The notes beneath the pieces are model-generated. The model worked only from the letters and a program-made list of their open reading frames with translations. It searched no databases and was not told the origin of the DNA. The translations under genes were made by a program, and so were the position numbers. This document shows, in pieces, positions 9,260-17,179 of a stretch of 25,658 bases of DNA; position 1 is the stretch's first letter, and every line of letters begins with the position of its first letter. This DNA is from Promethearchaeota archaeon (GTDB taxonomy: Archaea > Asgardarchaeota > Hermodarchaeia > Hermodarchaeales > Hermodarchaeaceae): contig JBHLPR010000031.1 of NCBI GenBank assembly GCA_048939245.1, positions 1-25,658 on the forward strand, read 5' to 3'.

Positions 9260-10723
9260 ATGCATTTATTGATTATAATCTTTCTTCCAATAATAGCCGC
9301 TCCCTTGATTTACCTTATAGGTCGTCTTAGTCTCCGAGCTGCACGATGGACCACATTATTGATTAGTATTGTTGTCTTTTTGGCATCATTTCTAATTTAT
9401 CTTGGATTATTTTCACTTGATCCTAGCGACTTCCAGTTCACAATTAGTTTACCATGGATTGAATTCTTCGGCATTGGGATTCCTTTTGAGGTGGGTGTTG
9501 ATGGTATTAGTGCACCACTTCTTCTTTTAGCAACCACCCTTAACATGTTAGCCACAGCAGGCTCCTTTACATTAGTCAAAACTAATGAACGGCAATATTA
9601 CTCACTCCTTTTACTTTTCGGAGGAAGCGTTGTTGGAGTATTCACTGCACTTAACCTCATTGTGTTTTTTGTTTTCTGGGAATTAGCGATTATCCCAATG
9701 TTCTTTTTTATCGGCATTTGGGGAGGTTCTAAAAGAAAGTATGCTGCGATCAAGTTCTTGCTTTTTACCACACTGGGTAGTCTATTGATGCTTCTAGGAT
9801 TCATAGCAGTGTTTCTCTGGTCAGGTGGTAGTACGTTTGATATACCAACACTAATTGCAAACCGACTACCACAAGAATTACAATTTATTCCAGCTATCTT
9901 ATGCTTTATTGGCTTTGCAATTAAGCTTCCCGTAGTTCCTTTTCATACCTGGTTACCAGATGCTCATGTCGAAGCTCCATCTCCTATCAGCGTATTACTT
10001 GCAGGCGTTATGTTGAAAATGGGAGGGTATGGAATTATTCGGATAATAATTGGTCTATTCCGTGAATTCGCTATAATTTATGGCCAATTTATCATTGTCC
10101 TAAGTTTAACATCTGTATTATTTGCAGCTTTCACAGCGATGTTTCAAGATGATCTTAAACGAATGGTTGCTTTGACATCAATTAATCACATGGGTTTCGT
10201 TGCAGCTGGTGCATTTACGGTTTCATCTCTTGGTATTGCAGGGGCAGTATTACAGATGTTTTGTCACGGCTTCGCGATTGGTCTTTTATTTCTATTGACG
10301 GGTGTTATCCAAAGAGGAACAGGGACACGCAAAATTAGTCAATTAAAGGCCCTAGGTGTAGGAATGCCCCTGACAAGCCTACTATTGATATTGGGGTCCT
10401 TAGCTTCGATGGGTATACCAGGTTTTGGAAACTTCGTAGCGGAATTTAGTGTCATACAAGCAGCCATTGGTGTTCAGTGGATATTTGGTATACTTGTTTT
10501 AGGACCAGGAATTACTTCAGCTTATTTCTTATGGACCTTACAACGCATATTTCGACGAGCAGAACCAACAAATCCAGAAATGAAACCCGCATCAGCCTGG
10601 GAAATCGGCACACTGACATCATTTGTTGTGCCTATTCTAATCTTAGGAATATTGCCGTTTTTAATGATGTCTTTAGTTTATCCCGCGACATTAGCATTGC
10701 TTAGTTCAGTAGGAGGACCCTAA
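9260..10723 (+). CDS. nuoM: Antiporter-like subunit M, copy 2 (canonical motifs)
   Basis: GVDGIS, FWELAIIP, YAAIKF, KLPVVPFHTWLPDAHVEAP, LAGVMLKMGGYG and FVAE. ATG 9260 follows GAGGTGA. Confidence 0.94.
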   Translation: MHLLIIIFLPIIAAPLIYLIGRLSLRAARWTTLLISIVVFLASFLIYLGLFSLDPSDFQFTISLPWIEFFGIGIPFEVGVDGISAPLLLLATTLNMLATAGSFTLVKTNERQYYSLLLLFGGSVVGVFTALNLIVFFVFWELAIIPMFFFIGIWGGSKRKYAAIKFLLFTTLGSLLMLLGFIAVFLWSGGSTFDIPTLIANRLPQELQFIPAILCFIGFAIKLPVVPFHTWLPDAHVEAPSPISVLLAGVMLKMGGYGIIRIIIGLFREFAIIYGQFIIVLSLTSVLFAAFTAMFQDDLKRMVALTSINHMGFVAAGAFTVSSLGIAGAVLQMFCHGFAIGLLFLLTGVIQRGTGTRKISQLKALGVGMPLTSLLLILGSLASMGIPGFGNFVAEFSVIQAAIGVQWIFGILVLGPGITSAYFLWTLQRIFRRAEPTNPEMKPASAWEIGTLTSFVVPILILGILPFLMMSLVYPATLALLSSVGGP

Positions 10724-12175
10724 ATGGAGTTCATCTCTAATATCATTCTCGGAACACTAGCAATCACTGGTATCCTTATTCCACTCTTAGATCAAGTAAT
10801 CTATTCTCGTTCAGGGAAGCATGTTGCAGGATACATTGCAATACTTGCCCAATTAATCCCAGCTTTAATTCTTGGCTGGATTGTTATAGAAGAAATACCC
10901 CTGTCAACTTCGTTCGGAAATTTAATTTCCCCTGATGAGTTTGGTATCTTTTTTGCCATAGTATTTCTCTTAGTAGGAATTCTCATAACCATCGCATCTA
11001 TTAGCTTCATGCAGGACGACCCGAATCAGGGTTCTTATTATGCCTTGATTTTACTTGCAGTACTTGGATCAATACTAGTAGCTCTCTCAATTGATTTAGT
11101 TATGCTTGATGTTGCTTGGGATCTAATGTTTGTAACAACATTGGTTCTTATTGGAATTCGGAAAACTGATTGGTTTTCTAGTGAAGCCGCATTCAAATAC
11201 TACATTCTCGGAGCATTGTCCACAGCTTTTGTATTTCTCGCCATTGCATTCTTCATAGGAATAACGGGTACTACTTCTCTAATCGGTATAGCAATAGCAC
11301 TTCCAAGTGTTCCTATTGAGCTCCAACCACTATTGTTACTAGCAATTATTTTCACTATCATAGGATTTGGTATTAAAATGGCAATCGTACCATTCCAATT
11401 TTGGATCCCTGATGCCTATGAAGGCGCTCCGACCCCCATTAGTGGATTCTTAGCAGGTGGAACTAAAAAGGCAGGATTTGCAGCCACCCTCCGAGTTCTA
11501 ACGATCGTCATTATTTCGGCACCGGTCATAATATTAGCCCGGTGGAGCTTTACTATTGCATTTCTAGCCACGATTACTATGACAGTAGGCAATATTGCGG
11601 CCTTGACTCAGAAGAGTTTTCCTCGCATGCTAGCCTATTCCTCAATTGCCCACGCGGGATATATGTTAATAGGTATTGCATTTCCAAACACGGTGTATGG
11701 CATTCCTGGTCTCCTTTTTCATATCCTGAATCATGCCATCATGACCGCAGCAGCGTTCATTGCTGCGGCTGGTGTTTCTATAGCCCTGAAAAAGACCTCA
11801 GTTGATAGTTATGATGGATTAGCTAAAATCATGCCAAAGACGGCTTTTATATTAGCTTTGACGCTGTTTGCTCTAGCAGGAATCCCGCCGTTTAATGGGT
11901 TTTGGAGCAAAGCAATATTATTCATGACCACCGTTGAAGCCGATGCTCTTTGGCTTGGTGTGGTTATGATTCTCAATAGCGTCTTCTCATTGGGCTACTA
12001 TTCATGGATAATCAAACGTATGTATCTAGATGAAACTACTATCTCAGCCAGAATTGCAGAACCTCGCGGGATTTTAATTGCATTAATTATTGCCGGAGCG
12101 CTTATCCTAATTATTGGAATCTACCCGTCGCCATTCTTGATATGGATGAATAGAATTACAGGATATGTTCCTTAG
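10724..12175 (+). CDS. nuoN: Antiporter-like subunit N
   Basis: SSEAAFKYYILGA, KMAIVPFQFWIPDAYEGAPTP, RMLAYSSIAHAGY and AGIPPFNGFWSK. AGGAGG RBS. Confidence 0.95.
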   Translation: MEFISNIILGTLAITGILIPLLDQVIYSRSGKHVAGYIAILAQLIPALILGWIVIEEIPLSTSFGNLISPDEFGIFFAIVFLLVGILITIASISFMQDDPNQGSYYALILLAVLGSILVALSIDLVMLDVAWDLMFVTTLVLIGIRKTDWFSSEAAFKYYILGALSTAFVFLAIAFFIGITGTTSLIGIAIALPSVPIELQPLLLLAIIFTIIGFGIKMAIVPFQFWIPDAYEGAPTPISGFLAGGTKKAGFAATLRVLTIVIISAPVIILARWSFTIAFLATITMTVGNIAALTQKSFPRMLAYSSIAHAGYMLIGIAFPNTVYGIPGLLFHILNHAIMTAAAFIAAAGVSIALKKTSVDSYDGLAKIMPKTAFILALTLFALAGIPPFNGFWSKAILFMTTVEADALWLGVVMILNSVFSLGYYSWIIKRMYLDETTISARIAEPRGILIALIIAGALILIIGIYPSPFLIWMNRITGYVP

Positions 12176-12225
12176 AAAAACTTAGAATTTTATGAGTCTA
12201 TTATTGGTTTGAATCTATACAATTG

Positions 12226-12948
12226 TCAAATAGTTAAGAGTTCAATATCGCACTGCTTATCGCCTCGTGCCATACAACCCCTTCGGCTAACAGTCTTAAC
12301 ATTCATGTGGCAGACTAAAGAAAAAAGTTTTGGGTAATACATCTTATGAAAATTACACAAGAGACCTTCATATTTCCTACTGATTTCACTGTACAAACAA
12401 TTCTTTGTCGTAATGAGTATCCGTTTTTTCCTTAGAGAAACATGAGCGTTATATCCAATCATATTCAATTCTTGTCGCAGCCTTTGGCTGAAAGATTCAA
12501 GGCTCATAGGAAATCGAGAAGTCTGACTCCACCGTTCTGCTGTTGCAATCGCCGCATTTTCTCCCATTGTTTTAAATAGACGCTCTGTGGCATCTGTGCC
12601 AATTTCATTTAGTAATGTCATTATAATGCGGTCAGATAGTTGCCAATACCTACGGGGAGGAACAGAAAGAAGGAGCGCTTTTTTTAGAACATAATTTGAT
12701 GATGGACGTCCCCTTCCTCTTTTACCTGGCTTTTCTAAGGAGCTGTGGGCTTGTATAACATCTAAAGCAAGTAGATCAGAAATAACATACCGTATCGCTG
12801 CACTGCTTAGCTTCGTTCCTTCCGCAATCTCTCTAGTCGTTGAATTAGGGTTAGCAGCGATGAATTCTATAACAAGCGTGGCCGCGTTTACACGATTATG
12901 ACCTAGCTTAGCGAAGGATGCAGTACTTAGAATATTTTTTTCAATCAA
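12226..12948 (-). CDS. ArsR-like wHTH regulator with Cys-rich C-terminal sensor domain (SufR/COG2345-like)
   Basis: HTH (TTREIAEGTKLSSAAIRYVISDL), GRGRP..Y wing, PRRY, then NC..., LC..H and CMARGDKQC. Confidence 0.82.
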   Translation of the reverse strand: MIEKNILSTASFAKLGHNRVNAATLVIEFIAANPNSTTREIAEGTKLSSAAIRYVISDLLALDVIQAHSSLEKPGKRGRGRPSSNYVLKKALLLSVPPRRYWQLSDRIIMTLLNEIGTDATERLFKTMGENAAIATAERWSQTSRFPMSLESFSQRLRQELNMIGYNAHVSLRKKRILITTKNCLYSEISRKYEGLLCNFHKMYYPKLFSLVCHMNVKTVSRRGCMARGDKQCDIELLTI

Positions 12949-13081
12949 GATTTGATCAACTTCTTGAGCAGATGATGATTAAATATATTTATGATTTGTT
13001 CTTTAATTAATTTTCGATATTAATTTCGAGTAAATTTTAAAAGTTCATAATTCAGAGCCTTACTACCCAAACGGGTGTAGA
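12949..13081. promoter_or_regulatory. Divergent promoter region with palindromes
   Basis: AT-rich. Near-palindrome TCGATATTAATTTCGA at 13014-13029, plus AAATATATTT and TTAATTAA. Confidence 0.45.
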
Positions 13082-13327
13082 GTGATGTTTAAAGCGTTCA
13101 TCTTGGTCAAAGCTGTTCCTGAAAAAACACTGGAAATACTTGAGAAACTTAAAAAAATGAAGCCAGTAGAAGAGGCGGATATCGTCTACGGCGAATACGA
13201 TGTTATTCTAAAAACCCAAGCAAAATTACCTGAAAACTTGGACGACTTTGTGTTTAATACACTCCGGCAAATAGACGGAGTCAAATCCACCACCACCTGC
13301 ATCTGTGCGGGGAGTATACCTAGGTGA
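13082..13327 (+). CDS. Stand-alone Lrp/AsnC ligand-binding (RAM) domain protein
   Basis: KAFILVK...VEEADIVYGEYDVILK...LRQIDGVKSTTTC; no HTH. Confidence 0.88.
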   Translation: MMFKAFILVKAVPEKTLEILEKLKKMKPVEEADIVYGEYDVILKTQAKLPENLDDFVFNTLRQIDGVKSTTTCICAGSIPR

Positions 13328-13331
13328 TAGA

Positions 13332-13628
13332 ATGAGTGAAGTAGCTGCCTTCCGAGAATATAGATTAAACAATGTATCAAGTAAACAATCCATTGGTATT
13401 GTCAATAAGGTTTCAAAACTAATGAGAGACATCATAAGCCCAAATGCATGCGAGATTCACACAACGGCAAAAAAAGAGGATCCATCCCAAATCGTTATTA
13501 GAATGACATGTGTTGATGGGAGTGCTGTCCATTACGCAGATGTTCGTTCCATGTTTAAAATAATGCAATTGTGCGAAAAAGAACACATACCCCACGACAT
13601 AGGCGACCTCGAAGTAATTCTTGACTGA
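13332..13628 (+). CDS. Hypothetical protein (98 aa)
   Basis: ATG 13332 is preceded by GGTGA, which overlaps the upstream stop, suggesting translational coupling. Confidence 0.7.
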   Translation: MSEVAAFREYRLNNVSSKQSIGIVNKVSKLMRDIISPNACEIHTTAKKEDPSQIVIRMTCVDGSAVHYADVRSMFKIMQLCEKEHIPHDIGDLEVILD

Positions 13629-13760
13629 GCTCCTTTCTGGCTATGCTGGTTTCAATTCGCTCCACGAAAACCCATGAGTAGTAAGTCTGAAGCCTTCTTA
13701 GTGGTCACCATTTTTGTCTCGATGCCTACCGAAAGATGAAGGAGAACACTTAATCTGGAA

Positions 13761-13988
13761 TCAGAAGTCAGAGATTGCCTTTAAGACTGCATTTTCCTTT
13801 TCTTCTGAAAACGTTCCAACATCTCGCCAGAGAATATTGCTAGCACAATCGACTAAGAAGAGATAAATCGTATCCTCCGTAGGAATATCTGATGCGTTAG
13901 TAGATTCACTCTTATCGATATGGATGATAATCTTTCGAGCGCGCATTTCTTTGTCAAGTATTCCGCCCTTAATCTCGCCATCAATCAT
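13761..13988 (-). pseudogene. C-terminal remnant of a thioredoxin-fold ATP10-like prokaryotic protein
   Basis: IDGEIKGGILD...R.RKII...DK...DIPTEDTIYLFLVD...ILWR..G.F.EEK resembles the C-terminal half of this family as I recall it. An in-frame stop lies a few codons upstream and there is no room for the N-terminal half. Confidence 0.5.
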
Positions 13989-14086
13989 CTTGCTAGTTCT
14001 ATCTTTTTACAGATGGCTGATATGTTTTTATCTTACAGAACCTATTGAAACTACATTCCTTGCTTATTTGTTCAAATTTGACAAAG

Positions 14087-15448
14087 CTATTCATTAGGTG
14101 GCGTTACACGCAAAAACCGCCCAACAAGTGTGACAATATCGACAACTGGAATTTCTAACCCAAGCCTTTGCATTCCATGCGTTAAATTAAGAACACAAAA
14201 GGGACATGCTGAAACAACCATTGTTGCTCCCGTTTCTATGATTTCACCAACTCGTTCCCACGCCATGCGCTCTTCCAGAGGCATCGCGGCCTTTTCTTCT
14301 TCTGTTAGTTCATGATATTCACTTGTGAGTTTTCTTGCTGCATCCTTTACCTGAGTAGGAGAACTCGTAGGTTCAGCATCGTAGATTCGCTTCGCAGCAA
14401 TTTCCAGGGCAAGCTCAGGAATTCCAGCTTTGACTCCGCCTCCTGCTCCACAGCACCGAGAGTATTCTCGAGTGCGAATCATTTCGACTAATGTTATGCC
14501 AGGTAAAAGATCAAGGATTTGCCGTGGAGCATCATAGACACCAACATGTCGACCGAGATGACAAGGATCATGGTAGGCGACGCGTTCATTAACGCCTGGA
14601 AGAGGTTCAATCTCAATGCCTTCTAAAGCTTTAGCGAGGAATTGGGTAATGTGTTGTACTTTGAACGGTAATTTCCCATAGTATCTTGGCCAATCAAGGA
14701 CAGATGTCCGGAAACAACCCGAGCAGGAGAAGACAACGAGTCTAACGCCCTTTTCTTTGAGGGTTTCCACATTGTGTAGGACTAAATCTTTAACGACCTC
14801 AATTTGCCCTGTACGGATAAGAGGGGAACCACAACACCGTTCATCATTCCCAGGGAGCACAAAATCAACATCGAGTTTATTTAGAATGCGAGCCGTTGTG
14901 ATGGCTAGATGTTGCATTTTATACGAGGAGGTACATCCGACAAAGTAGGCGATATCCGCGGTCTCAGCAACTTTAACATCAGCAGGGAGCCAATCTGTAC
15001 GGGAGAGATGATCTTCTCCATACGGGTTATACTTGGTTTTCACGTTGTTTGGCCAAGCTCGCTGACGTTCGAGGGGGCCAAAACCCTGTTTCACCATATC
15101 AGCGCGTACTGTTTCCCATAAATCACAGCTTTTTATTCGTGACTCACACACTGTTTGACATTGTCCACAGACAGTACACAGATACAGGTCTTCAACAAAC
15201 TTGTCAATCGTATTCCTGTCTATTACACTTCCCCCTCGAGCACGCCCCATGATTCCATAGACATGTTTGACCATTTCTCGCAGGTTTCGGATTTTTCCAC
15301 GCGCTGTTACACCTTCGCGTTGTAACTGATCAAAAACTGGACAGAACTTAACACATTCACCACAATCGACACAAGCATCTAGCTCCATCGCCTGCTTCCG
15401 AGTTAATTGTGGAAAACTAACCTTTTCCTTATTCGTTGTCATTCTCAT
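14087..15448 (-). CDS. HdrD/GlpC-like Fe-S oxidoreductase (2x[4Fe-4S] plus two CCG domains)
   Basis: CVDCGECVKFCP, CTVCGQCQTVC, YFVGC, ERCCG, CSGC, YHDPCHLGRH, CCGAGGG and SACPFC. Start is 15448 or 15442, overlapping the upstream gene. Confidence 0.9.
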   Translation of the reverse strand: MRMTTNKEKVSFPQLTRKQAMELDACVDCGECVKFCPVFDQLQREGVTARGKIRNLREMVKHVYGIMGRARGGSVIDRNTIDKFVEDLYLCTVCGQCQTVCESRIKSCDLWETVRADMVKQGFGPLERQRAWPNNVKTKYNPYGEDHLSRTDWLPADVKVAETADIAYFVGCTSSYKMQHLAITTARILNKLDVDFVLPGNDERCCGSPLIRTGQIEVVKDLVLHNVETLKEKGVRLVVFSCSGCFRTSVLDWPRYYGKLPFKVQHITQFLAKALEGIEIEPLPGVNERVAYHDPCHLGRHVGVYDAPRQILDLLPGITLVEMIRTREYSRCCGAGGGVKAGIPELALEIAAKRIYDAEPTSSPTQVKDAARKLTSEYHELTEEEKAAMPLEERMAWERVGEIIETGATMVVSACPFCVLNLTHGMQRLGLEIPVVDIVTLVGRFLRVTPPNE

Positions 15449-16157
15449 CAGCCCCCGTGACTTCCCGGATATATTCCTCCTCCCACTTTTCTTCAATCGC
15501 ACTACGGACCATGATTATAGGTGCCGCGATGATATGCTGGAATTTTGAATAAAGTAAGACTGCAATCATCGTCCAGATAATGAATGCGTGAATGATTCCA
15601 TACCATCCTCGAATACCAATGACATATTCATATGAAAACGCCATATGCCCTGATACTGCAATGGACAATAATAGAATCAGTGGCAAGTAGTTATGAAGGT
15701 TTGTTACCGCCCGCCCCTCTTTTGAACCTATACGGCTCCAAAAAGCCATTAGTACGCCAATTACAAGTGATATGGTCAATACATCGTGAGCAATAATTCG
15801 CATTTCCAGTGTAGCCCAAGGAAAGAGAATAGTTTCACTAAGTAAAATGAATCGAGGGAGCCCATGAAAGAGAAAGAGCCCTACAAATCCTACCAATATG
15901 AATCCGTGTTTTACCCATCGAAATATGGACTGGCGTCTTATCGTTCCACCAAACGTCCAATCAGAGATCACCGTCTTAACAAAAGCAGTAAATTTGGTGC
16001 GAAAAGGTACATCGATGAGCCAACCAGCTGTATGCTCAGCAGGACCCTTGTGTGGTTTCGTCCAACGGAGAAGGATTCGAATGAAACCTATCGTAAAAAG
16101 GGCTAAGGCAATCCAACGGTAGAAAATCAAAATCTGAAGCACTAGCTCTAGTTGCAT
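15429..16157 (-). CDS. NarI/HdrE/DsrM-like membrane cytochrome b subunit
   Basis: About 5 TMs with His pairs (RWVKHGFILVGFVGLFLFH; IIHAF...YSKFQHII). Overlaps the HdrD-like gene. Confidence 0.82.
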   Translation of the reverse strand: MQLELVLQILIFYRWIALALFTIGFIRILLRWTKPHKGPAEHTAGWLIDVPFRTKFTAFVKTVISDWTFGGTIRRQSIFRWVKHGFILVGFVGLFLFHGLPRFILLSETILFPWATLEMRIIAHDVLTISLVIGVLMAFWSRIGSKEGRAVTNLHNYLPLILLLSIAVSGHMAFSYEYVIGIRGWYGIIHAFIIWTMIAVLLYSKFQHIIAAPIIMVRSAIEEKWEEEYIREVTGADENDNE

Positions 16158-16255
16158 AGAATCGCGTCTTTAATCTCTATCCAATACCCTCAAATTTTCA
16201 TCAAAAGACTTTCTAATTTACTATTTGCACTCCTTTTTAAACAGTTCAAGACTAT

Positions 16256-16311
16256 GAAAAGAAAGGGGAAAATTGGAGGACCTGACATGAAAATCACTGG
16301 CCCTCCAATTT
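16256..16311 (-). terminator. Stem-loop followed by a pyrimidine/T tract downstream of the DoxX gene
   Basis: Perfect 10-bp IR AAATTGGAGG (16270-16279) / CCTCCAATTT (16302-16311), extendable inward, followed on the minus strand by TTCCCCTTTCTTTT. Confidence 0.6.
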
Positions 16312-16329
16312 CGTTTTCGATATGCAAAT

Positions 16330-17028
16330 CTATGTCCATAATCCCAAGAATCGTAGGATTGCATTTTTGAATTCCTCAAGCTTTGGACCGAGCCACTGGT
16401 CTATACCAAGGTATCGACCGGCTTGATAAATTCCTACAACGAAGAATGCAATTGAGCCAAGGAAATTGACACCGAAGGTGGAGACACTCAGCCATCCTAG
16501 CAAGAAGAGGAATGTCCATTGCATGAGTACACCGCCAAATGAGCCTAATCGAGTGAAGAAACCGAAGGTAAGGGATAGTCCGACGATTAACTCACCTCCA
16601 GCGATAAGCATGAGAAAGAACGTTGGATTGATTAGAATGACCGCGTTGAAAAATCCTTGAATATATGGACTAGGCGCCGAAGATGCGGCAAGCATGAGTA
16701 GTCCATAGTCGGTGGGATAGGCAGGATTAAGGAATTTTTCTAAACCGCCATGCAGGAACTCATAGCCCAATCCTAATCGCAATGGTAGCAGAATAGCCAG
16801 AATTGGAATTTTGTTAGGCCAAACCCATCGCAAAAAGAATATTGTTGGTATCAGAATTATGGCGATAATAACAAGTGGCGATAAGGCTAAGTTGAGCCAG
16901 GGAAAGAGAATCGTAGGATCTGGAACCACCCATTGTGGCCCCAAAGTGAGTAGAACAATGGTTAGTAGAATCAGATCAACAATCACTAGAAATATTAGGG
17001 TAATCCATTTATTTCGATTTAATTCCAT
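16330..17028 (-). CDS. DoxX / TQO small-subunit DoxD-like membrane protein
   Basis: LRLGLGYEFLHGGLEK, GELIVGLSLTFGFFTRLG and AGRYLGID. ATG 17028 has a GGAGA RBS; two extra N-terminal TMs. Confidence 0.85.
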   Translation of the reverse strand: MELNRNKWITLIFLVIVDLILLTIVLLTLGPQWVVPDPTILFPWLNLALSPLVIIAIILIPTIFFLRWVWPNKIPILAILLPLRLGLGYEFLHGGLEKFLNPAYPTDYGLLMLAASSAPSPYIQGFFNAVILINPTFFLMLIAGGELIVGLSLTFGFFTRLGSFGGVLMQWTFLFLLGWLSVSTFGVNFLGSIAFFVVGIYQAGRYLGIDQWLGPKLEEFKNAILRFLGLWT

Positions 17029-17033
17029 AATTA

Positions 17034-17086
17034 TTTCTCCTAATAGAGAGATAGAATAGGAGAAACCGGGTTGCCTTTTTATATAT
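17034..17086 (-). promoter_or_regulatory. TATA box plus an inverted repeat covering the DoxX RBS
   Basis: TATATAAA on the minus strand at ~17085-17078. TTTCTCCTA-N14-TAGGAGAAA at 17034-17065. Confidence 0.5.
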
Positions 17087-17179
17087 TGCACTGTTGTATT
17101 TGTATAAAATTGAATAAATAGATAGGCTGCCATACAACCTATTTGATGGTTTCTTCATGTCTCTTCTCATTAATCCAGG

